A DNA stretch of 53,023 nt from the IMG/VR virus record IMGVR_UViG_3300012988_000007, positions 1 through 53,023 of that record, one strand, 5' to 3'. The DNA comes from a virus (lineage: Duplodnaviria > Caudoviricetes). The first letter of the stretch is position 1; every line of letters starts with the position of its first letter. The translations under genes were made by a program, and so were the position numbers. Below are positions 8,597 to 18,126 of the stretch, piece after piece. The notes under the pieces were generated by a model, which was not told the DNA's origin, did no database searches, and was given only the letters and a program-made list of their open reading frames with translations.

Positions 8597-8619
8597 GTGG
8601 GGCATTATATGTGCCCCAC
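8597..8619 (+). terminator. Hairpin / possible terminator
   Basis: GTGGGGCA-TTATATG-TGCCCCAC; weak U-tract. Confidence 0.55.
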
Positions 8620-8693
8620 AATTTAACAGACTATAAATAGACTTTACAAATGAATACATTTGCAATGTTAAATAATATTAACCATATTTGTGT

Positions 8694-8849
8694 ATGGACT
8701 TGAATAAAATGATTTTAGACAGTGGCCGTAAAAAGGGATGGATTGCCGACAAGATTGGTATTTCAAAACCTCTTTTATCGATGTATCTTAGTGGGGTGAG
8801 AGCTATGCCAGAGGACAAAGAGAGAAAGATAAAAGAACTTTTAAGGTAA
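8694..8849 (+). CDS. 51-aa Cro-like HTH protein (not in ORF track)
   Basis: MDLNKMILDSGRKKGWIADKIGISKPLLSMYLSGVRAMPEDKERKIKELLR; preceded by TTTG-N20-CATATTTG. Confidence 0.8.
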   Translation: MDLNKMILDSGRKKGWIADKIGISKPLLSMYLSGVRAMPEDKERKIKELLR

Positions 8850-8886
8850 AAAAATTTATGCAACCCGTAAAAATTATTTAACATTT

Positions 8887-9795
8887 ATGGCGAGACCAGA
8901 AAGAAATAATGTGGATTATTTCCCACACGAATGCAGGCATGGAAAGAAAATGTTTGTTATAGAGAGCAAATATGGCAATGATGGATATGCTGTATGGTTT
9001 AAGGTATTAGAGTGTTTGGGAGACGCTACATATCATTACCTTGACTTAAGAGACGCTACACAGTCAATGTATTTGGCTTCTATTATGAGAGTTTCAGAGG
9101 AAAAGTTTATGCTAATATTATCAGACCTAGCAACCCTTGGAGCTATAGATAAAGAGATTTATGATACACATAAAATAGTGTGGAGTCATAAGCTTATCGA
9201 AAGTGTACAAGATGCGTATGGTAGGAGAAATAATAAATGTATAACTTTTGAGGGTTTACGTGAACATTTAGGAATAAATGTAGTACAAAAACCAAGTAAA
9301 TGTAAAGGTAAAGTAGACAAAAAACCACAAAGTAAAGTAGAGGATAGTAAAGAAGAGAATAGTATATACATAAACGTTTCTGAATTTGGCAATATAACTA
9401 TTGAGAAAGACAAGATTGAAGAGTTTAATATTCTATTCGAAAAGACTAAGCTTGATTGGATGGCTAAAAAACTTGACTCATGGTTAGAAACTAAAAACAA
9501 AAAATGTAAAGGGCTAAGAAGTTTTAAGGCATATTGTGTAAATTGGGTTGAGCAGAGTTATAATTCTCAACACAATACTTTACCCACAAATAGAAAGATC
9601 GTTAATCCTGAGCCAAATAAAGCACCAAATCCGCTAGAATTAATTAAAGACAGGGTAACGAATGTTTACAAAGACTCGGAACTTGTTCAAATGGGAGGCG
9701 ATGAAGCTAAGAAACTATTCTGGTACATCGAAAAAAAGACACCTAAAGAATTTATGAACCAAGCAGAAAAGAATTTCCACCTTTATTATTATTGA
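8887..9795 (+). CDS. Replication initiator-like protein (DUF4373/Lin1244-like N-terminus)
   Basis: MARP...VDYFPH...KYGNDGYAVWFKVLE; directly upstream of the helicase. Confidence 0.75.
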   Translation: MARPERNNVDYFPHECRHGKKMFVIESKYGNDGYAVWFKVLECLGDATYHYLDLRDATQSMYLASIMRVSEEKFMLILSDLATLGAIDKEIYDTHKIVWSHKLIESVQDAYGRRNNKCITFEGLREHLGINVVQKPSKCKGKVDKKPQSKVEDSKEENSIYINVSEFGNITIEKDKIEEFNILFEKTKLDWMAKKLDSWLETKNKKCKGLRSFKAYCVNWVEQSYNSQHNTLPTNRKIVNPEPNKAPNPLELIKDRVTNVYKDSELVQMGGDEAKKLFWYIEKKTPKEFMNQAEKNFHLYYY

Positions 9796-9798
9796 TTT

Positions 9799-11334
9799 AT
9801 GAGTGAATGGCAAAAGAAGAAAGCTAAGGAGTATGTAGATAAGGCGTTTGATCAATCAGAAAAAACGTCTACAATGTCGGCTAAAGAAGTTGAACAAGCT
9901 GTATTAGGGGCGTTGATGATTGAAAAGACGGCAATAGTTGAGGTGTCAGAGGTATTAACAAGTGATGAATTCTTTTATTTGGAGGCTCACAAGATAATTT
10001 ATGGTGCTATCCTTGAAATGGAGCAAAAGAACGAACCAGTTGATTTAATGACCGTTAACCAAAGTATAATTAGTAAAGGATTATCTGAATCAATTGGGGG
10101 AATAAGTTATCTAATTGGCCTAACAAATATGGTTAATTCATCAGCAAACATTGTTTTTCACTCGATGATAGTTGTTGAATACTGGATAAAGAGAAAAGCT
10201 TCATTGATCGCTATAATTGCAAACCAAAAAGCGAACGATTTTAAAGAAGATTGCTTTGATTTGCTAGACGAAATGGAGAGTGGTATTTCTGAAATAAAGA
10301 ATAGAGTGTTTACGAATAAGTCGGTTAACCTAAGCACATCAATTTCGAATAGTATCAAAACGTTTAGCTCAATAAAAGATAACGGAGGGTTAATCGGGGT
10401 TCCAACTGGGATAATTGAACTTGATAGGCGTACGGGCGGGGCTGCTGGCGGAGACTTGATATTAGTAGGTGGAAGGCCAGGGTCTGGTAAGTCAATGATT
10501 AAGCTAATATTTGCCCACAATGCGTCTGTTAATTTTAAAACTCCTATTGCTATATTCGAGTTCGAGGACAAACCAACGCAAAATGATTCAAGGTTGATGG
10601 CCTTAAATACAGGGATAGACTATGGAGATATCTACATGGGTAAACCAAATATTGATTTTAATTTTGTAGATCAAAAAATGGCAAGTGTTGACTATTCTAG
10701 ATTTAATATTGAATACGCGAATTACCCGTTAAATATTTTGTGCTCTAAAATAAAGCAATACGTTAGAAAGAAAGGCGTAAAGGCTGTGTTTGTAAATCAA
10801 TTAAGTTTCATAAAAGTAAATCAAACCTTCCAAAGAGAAGATCAATTGCTCGGGTACATATCAACAACGCTTAAGAATCTTGCCAAAGAATTAGACATAG
10901 CTATTTATCTATTCATTCAGTTAAAACCCGCAATTGATGAAAGACCAGACGTTAGGCCACACAAAGGAGATATTAGGCTTTGTGCTAAACTTGAAGAAGA
11001 CGCAGACACTATTATACTGCTAACAAGGCCAGAGGCTTATGAGTGGTTTCGAGAGGGAACAAAGGCATACTATTTTAGAGATCAGCTATTTGATATCCAA
11101 GACAAAATATTGCTTGACTACTGTAAAACTAGAAATGGGGAGCCTTTTGCTGAGTGGTTAAACGCTGAAATGGGTAAGCATTGGCTTTACGGAAGCGACA
11201 ACCCGTTTAGGATAGTTGAGAAGAATTATACTTTCAACGACCACGGAGAAGTATTCCAACTACCAGAAAAGAACGATGTATTTAAGACAATCAATGGAGT
11301 GAGCCACTTCGAAAGAAATGAAAACATGCAGTAA
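9799..11334 (+). CDS. dnaB: Replicative DNA helicase
   Basis: EQAVLGALM N-domain, GVPTG, Walker A GRPGSGKS, EEDAD, KTRNG. Confidence 0.92.
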   Translation: MSEWQKKKAKEYVDKAFDQSEKTSTMSAKEVEQAVLGALMIEKTAIVEVSEVLTSDEFFYLEAHKIIYGAILEMEQKNEPVDLMTVNQSIISKGLSESIGGISYLIGLTNMVNSSANIVFHSMIVVEYWIKRKASLIAIIANQKANDFKEDCFDLLDEMESGISEIKNRVFTNKSVNLSTSISNSIKTFSSIKDNGGLIGVPTGIIELDRRTGGAAGGDLILVGGRPGSGKSMIKLIFAHNASVNFKTPIAIFEFEDKPTQNDSRLMALNTGIDYGDIYMGKPNIDFNFVDQKMASVDYSRFNIEYANYPLNILCSKIKQYVRKKGVKAVFVNQLSFIKVNQTFQREDQLLGYISTTLKNLAKELDIAIYLFIQLKPAIDERPDVRPHKGDIRLCAKLEEDADTIILLTRPEAYEWFREGTKAYYFRDQLFDIQDKILLDYCKTRNGEPFAEWLNAEMGKHWLYGSDNPFRIVEKNYTFNDHGEVFQLPEKNDVFKTINGVSHFERNENMQ

Positions 11335-11518
11335 GTGCTCGAAAGAAAAAGACCTGAATTGTTTTTACGACAACAAGCAAAACAAAGACGGCAAAACAGG
11401 CATGTGTATAGAGTGTATACGGGCATATCAGAAGCAAAGGTATAGTACACTGCCAGAGGACAAAAAAAATGCGTTTATATGGCAAGTAGAGAAAAACAGA
11501 AGGAAGTTTATTAAATGA
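11318..11518 (+). CDS. Small Zn-binding protein
   Basis: CSKC...CIEC. Confidence 0.65.
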   Translation: MKTCSKCSKEKDLNCFYDNKQNKDGKTGMCIECIRAYQKQRYSTLPEDKKNAFIWQVEKNRRKFIK

Positions 11519-11522
11519 GGAT

Positions 11523-11708
11523 ATGATGCAAACAGATAAATTTAAATATAGCCTGGCTGGATTAAGTCACGATAAAAGAACAAATGTTTGGAGCTTTGTT
11601 TGTTTAAAGTGCAATAAAGATTTTAGGCCACAAACAACAATGATGGCTACTCAGAGTGTAGAATGTCCTAAATGCGGACAAACAGAAATTATAAACTATA
11701 ACGAATAA
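11523..11708 (+). CDS. Zn-ribbon protein
   Basis: CLKC...CPKC. Confidence 0.65.
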   Translation: MMQTDKFKYSLAGLSHDKRTNVWSFVCLKCNKDFRPQTTMMATQSVECPKCGQTEIINYNE

Positions 11709-11710
11709 TC

Positions 11711-11899
11711 ATGACAGACAAACAAAAACTAAGAGTAGCGAATATGACGCTTTCAATGCTTAATGAAAAGTCACGGAACCAAGTAATAACTATTGAATCA
11801 AACGAAATCTACCTATCAAAGCTAGAAAAGATTTATCGAATAGAGAGCGAAACTATTTTTAAAAAGTCAGAAAAAATGGAAAGGTTTGTTAGGAAGTAA
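11711..11899 (+). CDS. Hypothetical protein
   Basis: Operon packing. Confidence 0.55.
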   Translation: MTDKQKLRVANMTLSMLNEKSRNQVITIESNEIYLSKLEKIYRIESETIFKKSEKMERFVRK

Positions 11900-11901
11900 A
11901 T

Positions 11902-11959
11902 TGTGGATAACTTTAAATAAGAAAATAGTAGTATATGAATAATCTTTAACTTATATTTG
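11902..11959 (+). promoter_or_regulatory. DnaA-box match plus -7 promoter element
   Basis: TGTGGATAA 11902-11910; TATATTTG 11952-11959. Confidence 0.6.
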
Positions 11960-11978
11960 TGATATAAACGTAAAGCAA

Positions 11979-12254
11979 ATGAAAGCAGCTCAATTAGTAA
12001 AAGTAAATCTTATTGAAAAATACAAGAATAGCGATATCGCTTTAAAATTTAATGTGTTCAAAGATAAAGTAAATGGATTTTCCGAGTATTTTGGTAATCT
12101 AAAAAAAGGAGATATAGTTACTTTTATTGCTGGTTATGATAATAATTGTGAATTCACTACCGAAATATTAGGGTTTGATTTTGTTGGGAATGTTTTTGTT
12201 TTAAAGGATAGCTTTTGGGCGCCTATAGTGGCTGATAAATTACATTTATGTTAA
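11979..12254 (+). CDS. Hypothetical protein
   Basis: First gene after the promoter. Confidence 0.65.
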   Translation: MKAAQLVKVNLIEKYKNSDIALKFNVFKDKVNGFSEYFGNLKKGDIVTFIAGYDNNCEFTTEILGFDFVGNVFVLKDSFWAPIVADKLHLC

Positions 12255-12559
12255 TTAGCGAAAAGACTATGAATAAAATACTGCAAGCTGAAATTAGGCT
12301 TGGAGGCAAAAAAGACTTGCAATACTTTGTTGATACTTTGAAAATAACAGGATCAGTAGAAGTTGGTTATAGAGCTACATGCGGAAGTACTGATCGTACT
12401 ATGAAAGTATTTAGGGAATGGCGTAAGATTGTTAAACTTCTAAATAAAGACGGCAATATTTTAGAAGAAATAGAAGTAATACATAAAAATAGATATGCTA
12501 CCAATAACGGAGGTTTTTGGAACAGTGTAATATTTAAAATAAAAAACAAATATGAATAA
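12248..12559 (+). CDS. Hypothetical protein
   Basis: Operon packing. Confidence 0.65.
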   Translation: MLISEKTMNKILQAEIRLGGKKDLQYFVDTLKITGSVEVGYRATCGSTDRTMKVFREWRKIVKLLNKDGNILEEIEVIHKNRYATNNGGFWNSVIFKIKNKYE

Positions 12560-12800
12560 CAAAAAGCCAGTTAAGATAACATACTCAGATGGAAGCTATA
12601 AACCGTTTCCATCTATTAAAGCCTTGGTAAAAGATGAACAGATTTGGAACACTTTGTTGTATTTGGGAATCGCTAATGTAGATAACGAGTACGAAAAAGA
12701 GTTTTCAAGAGTTCACAGAATGATTATCAAGGGACTGAATAATAATGGAAAATACATCATTGGAAACGGACTGGTAACTAAAAATATAGTATGGAAATAA
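12552..12800 (+). CDS. Hypothetical protein
   Basis: Operon packing. Confidence 0.6.
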   Translation: MNNKKPVKITYSDGSYKPFPSIKALVKDEQIWNTLLYLGIANVDNEYEKEFSRVHRMIIKGLNNNGKYIIGNGLVTKNIVWK

Positions 12801-12973
12801 ACAACCCACATAATAGAGTATCAGCAGAGCAAGTATTAACGGATAATGGGTTTACCATAATCTCTAGTTTCTTAAATGACGGCATATACAAAAAAGGATC
12901 AGATAGTTACAAATTTGATCATCCTGTTTGGAATGGTAATAAGGTAAGATTAACTAAAATAAAACAAAAATGA
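12791..12973 (+). CDS. Hypothetical protein
   Basis: Operon packing. Confidence 0.6.
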   Translation: MEINNPHNRVSAEQVLTDNGFTIISSFLNDGIYKKGSDSYKFDHPVWNGNKVRLTKIKQK

Positions 12974-13599
12974 ACTTAGAAAACATTGAATCATTTAAAT
13001 ACACAAGAGAGTATTTAAAATCAAATAACATCGCAATATCGGTTAGTTCTGATGACGATAAAAGAGCGCTTTGTAAAATATATGGGCTTTATTATCCATC
13101 CAATGATATTATATTTTTAAGATGGATTTATGGCGAAGAGCAGTTTAAGTGGGCTGTGAACGCAAACTCAACACAAACCATTATCCCAGCTTCCGAAATA
13201 ATCACAGCCTACGAAGCCAGCAAACAGCCAGATAGAAAGATCATAGGGTATAAGGTGCCGTTTGATCTTTATCGTGGTGACATAAAGAAAGGATGTATTG
13301 CTACTCAGTCAGAAAACTATGATTTCTGGGAAATATCAGGATTAAGTATTAAAATTCAATTGCCACCCGAAATAGTTAAGACGTGGGAGCCAGTATACGA
13401 AGAGCAAAAACCTGTGTTTGGTAGCTTTGAAGATATTGTTGCTCATTTCAAAGGTAACTTAGTTTCCATAGCTACAAGTATTGCTATACATTTGAAAGAA
13501 GACACAAGGCCTATTACGCCAATAATTGTTACCAAAGAAAACTTCTCATTCACGCCAGAATTCGAGCAAAAACTTAACGAGTTGGGGATAAAAATTTAG
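12970..13599 (+). CDS. Hypothetical protein
   Basis: 209-aa ORF with ATGA overlap. Confidence 0.75.
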   Translation: MNLENIESFKYTREYLKSNNIAISVSSDDDKRALCKIYGLYYPSNDIIFLRWIYGEEQFKWAVNANSTQTIIPASEIITAYEASKQPDRKIIGYKVPFDLYRGDIKKGCIATQSENYDFWEISGLSIKIQLPPEIVKTWEPVYEEQKPVFGSFEDIVAHFKGNLVSIATSIAIHLKEDTRPITPIIVTKENFSFTPEFEQKLNELGIKI

Positions 13600-13602
13600 A
13601 GT

Positions 13603-13878
13603 GTGGACATTTTTGATGCACTTAATAAAGCTTCTGATCGATCACATGCATATCATGAGGTAAGACAACTAGAGTATGATATACATAGAATGCAAAACAA
13701 ATGTGGTTCTTGTGATTTTTGGATGAAAAGTTCTTTGTGTCCAAGAGAAGCAAAAGGGATTAAGGTTACTTGTGATGATTGGATATGTGATAAGTTTGTA
13801 ATGGATAAATTCAGAGAAAATCTGATAAAAACCAAACAAAATGAAGTGTCAGAGTTGAAAATTAAACACAATTTATAA
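13603..13878 (+). CDS. Cys-rich hypothetical protein
   Basis: CGSC...C...C...C; GTG start. Confidence 0.6.
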   Translation: MDIFDALNKASDRSHAYHEVRQLEYDIHRMQNKCGSCDFWMKSSLCPREAKGIKVTCDDWICDKFVMDKFRENLIKTKQNEVSELKIKHNL

Positions 13879-13928
13879 TTGCATAACACACTAAAAATCA
13901 TTAAATTAGGTAAATAAACATTAGCAAA

Positions 13929-14864
13929 ATGAGTGATAACAAACAGGTAGCAACGCAATCAAATGAGGTTGCAAAACAAGAAAAACAACTGCATATAATG
14001 CAGAGACCAGACGTAAAAGCAAAGTTTGAAGAGCTTTTGGGTAAAAAGAACGTAGGTTTTATAACATCAGTAATGAGCGTTGTGAACTCAAATGACAAGC
14101 TTCGTAACGCAGACCAGACAAGCGTATACATGGCTGCAATGATGGCTGCTTCTTTAGACCTACCTATTAATGCTAATTTAGGATTTGCTTATATTATTCC
14201 ATTCGATCAGAAATTTAAAGACGACAAGGGTAATTGGGGGAAAAAGACTATCGCACAATTTCAGATCGGTTACCGTGGATTTATACAATTGGCTCAAAGA
14301 TCGGGTGTATTTCACAATATTTCGGCAACTCCAATTTACAAAGGCCAACTAGTCTCAGAAAATCCACTGACTGGATTTGAATTTGATTTCAAAGTAAAAG
14401 CAAGTGGAGCGCCTATTGGGTACGCCTCATACTTCAAGCTATTGAACGGATTTGAGAAAACTTTGTATATGTCTGCTGAGGAATTGACGGCACACGGTAA
14501 AAGATTCTCACAAACGTTTAAGAGCGATTTTGGACTATGGAAAGACGACTTTGATGCTATGTGTCTAAAAACTGTAATAAAGCTTCTATTGTCAAAATTT
14601 GCCCCTCTATCAATTGAAATGCAAAAGGCTGTAATTAGCGACCAATCACATATTAAGGATGCGGACACCGTAGATGTTGAATACATAGACAACAAAGAAC
14701 CGTCACCACAAGAAATAGCCCGTCAAAAAGAGTATGACAGGGTCACTGATTTTATAAAGAGCGCAAATACTATTGAGCAATTAGAGCTTGTAGAATCGCA
14801 CTTAGAAGGGGAGCAGATCGAAATGTTCAAATCTAAAAAGAACGAATTTGTCGATAGGAAATGA
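13929..14864 (+). CDS. recT: RecT-family single-strand annealing recombinase
   Basis: LGFAYIIPF, QFQIGYRGFIQLAQRSG, W-x-DDFDAMCLKTV. Confidence 0.92.
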   Translation: MSDNKQVATQSNEVAKQEKQLHIMQRPDVKAKFEELLGKKNVGFITSVMSVVNSNDKLRNADQTSVYMAAMMAASLDLPINANLGFAYIIPFDQKFKDDKGNWGKKTIAQFQIGYRGFIQLAQRSGVFHNISATPIYKGQLVSENPLTGFEFDFKVKASGAPIGYASYFKLLNGFEKTLYMSAEELTAHGKRFSQTFKSDFGLWKDDFDAMCLKTVIKLLLSKFAPLSIEMQKAVISDQSHIKDADTVDVEYIDNKEPSPQEIARQKEYDRVTDFIKSANTIEQLELVESHLEGEQIEMFKSKKNEFVDRK

Positions 14865-15598
14865 TAGACTTTAGTAATTATAAGTTCAGATGTAGCCAGT
14901 TGGGGGATATTATTACTCCCTCTGGTAAAGTCACAAAAGGCATGGTAACTTATTTACGTGATCTACACATAGAGGCTGTGTATGGCATTACAAATGATAT
15001 CACAAGTAAATACTTCGAGAAGGGCACAGTAAATGAGTCAGACGGCTTAGAAATGCTTAATAAAGCCCTATATCCTAAGTTATTTCTATCACAAAATAAA
15101 GATCGACTTTCAAACGAATGGATAGAGGGTATGTTTGACACTGAGGCTAATAGAGAGATAATATTTGATATTAAAAATGCATGGGATTTATTCACATTCG
15201 GAAGCGCTTCACTAAATCATTTGTACTCATGGCAGTTACACGGATATTCTTTCTTAACTGGTATTAAAAAAAGCGCTCTATTTTATGTGCTTACGGACAT
15301 GCCAGAAAATCTATTGATGAAAGAGGAGACGAGCATGTATTATAAAGGGCGGTTTTCTGATGTGTCAGACCCTTTGTATATTGAGGCTGTAGAGACACTA
15401 AGAGAGAAACATGATTACTCTAAATTAGCACTAGAGGAACGGTTTAAGGTTTGGTTTCAAGAATTCACTCCAAGGCACGAAGAAGTAATTAAAACCGCTG
15501 TAATGAATGCAAGGGAGGTATTAATGAACTTAGAGATAGAACGACTTGAAAATTTGAACAAAAACAAAAAGTTAATCGAAAACGCACGTAATGGCTAA
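14861..15598 (+). CDS. YqaJ/lambda-exonuclease-like nuclease
   Basis: FRCS, KGTVNE, GMFD...DIKN, YSWQLHGY; adjacent to recT. Confidence 0.75.
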   Translation: MIDFSNYKFRCSQLGDIITPSGKVTKGMVTYLRDLHIEAVYGITNDITSKYFEKGTVNESDGLEMLNKALYPKLFLSQNKDRLSNEWIEGMFDTEANREIIFDIKNAWDLFTFGSASLNHLYSWQLHGYSFLTGIKKSALFYVLTDMPENLLMKEETSMYYKGRFSDVSDPLYIEAVETLREKHDYSKLALEERFKVWFQEFTPRHEEVIKTAVMNAREVLMNLEIERLENLNKNKKLIENARNG

Positions 15599-15797
15599 CA
15601 AAGACTCTAGAATATATCTAAAATCGGCAATGGATAATATGTTCATTGGGCAGTTTACAGAGGCGGACATTAAAAGAATGTGCAATCCAAGACCGATAAA
15701 AGAAGCTAAATTAAAGGCTCAGATAGACAACAACAACGAGTATTTGGAACGCAAGAAAGAAGGTAAGACTAGGAAAAATAAATCGAGAAAGAAATGA
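15591..15797 (+). CDS. Hypothetical basic protein
   Basis: Operon packing. Confidence 0.6.
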   Translation: MANKDSRIYLKSAMDNMFIGQFTEADIKRMCNPRPIKEAKLKAQIDNNNEYLERKKEGKTRKNKSRKK

Positions 15798-16354
15798 CAA
15801 CAGAACAACAAATTGAAGTAATGCAGGCGTATGTTGAAGGTAAACAAATAGAGTGCTGTAACAGTACTAATTCATGGACTGTAGTATACCCTCCATCTTG
15901 GAATTGGATTGAATGGAATTACAGGGTTAAGCCAGAAGAACCAAAACCACTAACCCGTGAGCAAATTACCGCTCATTGGGTAAAGGATAACAACGTGAAA
16001 GCTGGTGACCGACTAAAAGTAATTGATTGCTATTCTAAACATTTTGGCAAAGAAACAATAGTAAATGGCGTTAGTGAATTCGGGATACATACAGATTTAG
16101 ACTTCTTATGTGTAGAAGTATTTCAGAAACTAGATTGTAAAATCATACCATATTCCTTCGAAGATCGTGAGTTGTTTAGGGATAAATGGGTGAGATTTAA
16201 AAACTGTCAAGACGAATTCAAGATAATTGCTATAAGTAGTGCAGGAGTAGCAATTTGCGGTTCTGATAGGCCTTCTATGCTTGATTATGAGTATTTGTTA
16301 GATAGAATGGAATTTTCAAATGGCACCACATTGGGTAAAGAGGTATGGGAGTAA
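15794..16354 (+). CDS. Hypothetical phage protein
   Basis: VMQAYVEGKQIE...WNW...YRVKP, a common phage N-terminal motif. Confidence 0.75.
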   Translation: MTTEQQIEVMQAYVEGKQIECCNSTNSWTVVYPPSWNWIEWNYRVKPEEPKPLTREQITAHWVKDNNVKAGDRLKVIDCYSKHFGKETIVNGVSEFGIHTDLDFLCVEVFQKLDCKIIPYSFEDRELFRDKWVRFKNCQDEFKIIAISSAGVAICGSDRPSMLDYEYLLDRMEFSNGTTLGKEVWE

Positions 16355-16466
16355 AAACATGTAGTATGTGCATTCACTTTAAAAGTGGCAAGTGTGTGAG
16401 CCTTAACTCGGTTCACTACTTGTTCAAAAGAAAACAAAAAGACATGGCGTGTAAACAATTTGAATC

Positions 16467-16664
16467 ATGAGTATAAAAATAGTAGAACAAGAAGAAAAAC
16501 AACCAGTAGATGATTTCTGGTATGACTTAATGGAGGGCGGATATATTAATCCTGAAAACTTCTGCACTAATCCAAAAGACGCAGAAGATATTAGACTAGC
16601 AATGAATGTGCTGAAAAAATACAAGAATTCACTAGAAGATGCAGAGGCAATTTATTATCTGTAA
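16467..16664 (+). CDS. Hypothetical protein
   Basis: DFWYDLMEGGYINPE motif. Confidence 0.65.
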   Translation: MSIKIVEQEEKQPVDDFWYDLMEGGYINPENFCTNPKDAEDIRLAMNVLKKYKNSLEDAEAIYYL

Positions 16665-16761
16665 AAACAATGAACTTATGGTGCCACATAGAAGGATTGG
16701 TAATTTTGGGATCAATGATAATTTATTTGATATTTTTCTTGTACATAACTCGTAAAGACTA

Positions 16762-17082
16762 ATGAACCCATACCCAAAACCAGTAAAGACCGAGAAGAAA
16801 AAGCCGACCAAGATCAAGCCAAGGAGCGACAAGAGGGCTAAGGAATACGCAGAATACAGGCCAATAAGGAATGAGTTTATGCTTGAAAATCCAATTTGCC
16901 AGTTTAAAGGATGCGGGAGAGAATCAACGGATAACCACCATCAAAAAGGTAAAATAGGAAGGTTATTGATAGATAAAAGATGGTTTTTGGCAGTATGTAG
17001 GGAGCACCACGATTTTTTAGAGGCAAACCCGAATTGGGCAAAAGCAAACGGATATAGTTTAGGAAGGTTAACTAAAATTTAA
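16762..17082 (+). CDS. HNH-like nuclease
   Basis: CQFKGC...DNHH...VCREHH. Confidence 0.65.
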   Translation: MNPYPKPVKTEKKKPTKIKPRSDKRAKEYAEYRPIRNEFMLENPICQFKGCGRESTDNHHQKGKIGRLLIDKRWFLAVCREHHDFLEANPNWAKANGYSLGRLTKI

Positions 17083-17087
17083 ACAAA

Positions 17088-17231
17088 ATGAAAGAAAAGA
17101 AAATTTTTGTAGCGTATGATCCATGTGATGGAGATATATTGTGCGCTTGGGATGACGAAGAAAAGGCTAAAAAAGACTGTGAAGAAAGCTCAGTTAAATA
17201 CGTAGAAATAACACTCTATGAAAAAACTTAA
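17088..17231 (+). CDS. 47-aa hypothetical protein (not in ORF track)
   Basis: MKEKKIFVAYDPCDGD... with A-rich leader. Confidence 0.5.
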   Translation: MKEKKIFVAYDPCDGDILCAWDDEEKAKKDCEESSVKYVEITLYEKT

Positions 17232-17259
17232 TTACTATTCTCAATAAGCGTTTAAGATC

Positions 17260-17292
17260 AAAAAGCCTTGGCAGTAGTCGAGGCCTTTTTTT
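17260..17292 (+). terminator. Intrinsic terminator overlapping the next promoter's -33
   Basis: GCCTTGGC-AGTA-GTCGAGGC plus T-run. Confidence 0.75.
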
Positions 17293-17323
17293 GTAGTATA
17301 ACCAAGATTGATTATATTTGTGA

Positions 17324-17524
17324 ATGAGTAATGAAGAAATACAAATATTGCTTAAGGATTTAAAGAAAGAGGGGTTAAACTATAAGCTATTCGAGAGAGA
17401 GAATAGGCTAACAGATAGGTGCATCAATGTGTTTCTAAGAAAAGGCATATTGACGGATAAAAATAAAACACTGATTATCAAGGGGTTTAAAAATATTTCA
17501 AATAAAATACAAAAATATATGTAA
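17324..17524 (+). CDS. Small putative DNA-binding (HTH-like) protein, apparently leaderless
   Basis: TTTG-N19-TATATTTG ends 3 nt before the ATG; NYKLFERENRLTDRCINVFLR. Confidence 0.55.
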   Translation: MSNEEIQILLKDLKKEGLNYKLFERENRLTDRCINVFLRKGILTDKNKTLIIKGFKNISNKIQKYM

Positions 17525-17529
17525 CCATG

Positions 17530-17561
17530 TTTGGTTATTAACGTTAAGTTATATACCTTTG
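17530..17561 (+). promoter_or_regulatory. Promoter upstream of the small membrane gene and the RNA array
   Basis: TTTG-N20-TACCTTTG. Confidence 0.7.
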
Positions 17562-17611
17562 AATTACTAAAACGAACGAAGGTGATACAAAACTTTAAAG
17601 CACTAAACAAC

Positions 17612-17848
17612 ATGAAAACTAAACTCGCTGTAAAATCGTCATTAATCGCAATATCAGTTTGCATTTTCTTTTCTGGATTGATTTACTTTATAGTAGACAA
17701 CGCTAAGAGAGAAAAGACAGGCTACTACACCGCTCAGGATACGTTGAAGTCCTACAACAAAGGCTACCAAGAAGGTTCAGAAAACATGAGGCAGGTGATA
17801 AAGTGTGAGCGTACAGATTACGCGGTAAAAAGTTGTCAAGATAATTAA
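17612..17848 (+). CDS. Small single-TM protein (start moved to ATG 17612)
   Basis: SSLIAISVCIFFSGLIYFIV hydrophobic segment. Confidence 0.65.
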   Translation: MKTKLAVKSSLIAISVCIFFSGLIYFIVDNAKREKTGYYTAQDTLKSYNKGYQEGSENMRQVIKCERTDYAVKSCQDN

Positions 17849-17915
17849 GATAGTGCCTTATATGGCTGGGCTGCGCTTGTACGTATGTCTGACAGATCGG
17901 AAAGACGATCACAAA

Positions 17916-17940
17916 GCCGAAAGGCAATCGTTCTTTAAAA
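17916..17940 (+). promoter_or_regulatory. boxB-like GNRA hairpin plus boxA-like site 1
   Basis: GCC-GAAA-GGC followed by AATCGTTCTTTAAAA. Confidence 0.6.
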
Positions 17941-18034
17941 TAAACAGTAATATCAATAATCATACACATCAACTGCCTGATGGGGCATACTGCATTAGCT
18001 AACAAACCATCTGGTGTATGAGTAAGATAAAGCT

Positions 18035-18105
18035 GGTCATGTAGTATAGGGGTTAGTACGCACTGTGAAGATGGTGAAACATTGGTTCGATTCCAATCAT
18101 GATAC
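18035..18105 (+). tRNA. tRNA-like RNA 1 (GAA in a 6-nt loop; atypical or pseudo-Phe)
   Basis: Acceptor GTCATG/CATGAT, T8A9, D stem GTAT/GTAC, T arm ATTGG-TTCGATT-CCAAT; anticodon arm CACTG-TGAAGA-TGGTG. Confidence 0.7.
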
Positions 18106-18109
18106 AAAT

Positions 18110-18126
18110 ATTTCTTTAAAATATTG
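18110..18126 (+). promoter_or_regulatory. boxA-like site downstream of tRNA-like RNA 1
   Basis: ATTTCTTTAAAATATTG resembles the rRNA-spacer boxA. Confidence 0.4.

Noticed and set aside
9275-9360. GTAAAG-rich repeats in the initiator gene as iterons
   Set aside because: Short, irregular and explainable by Lys/Ser/Val codons; an origin here is possible but unsupported
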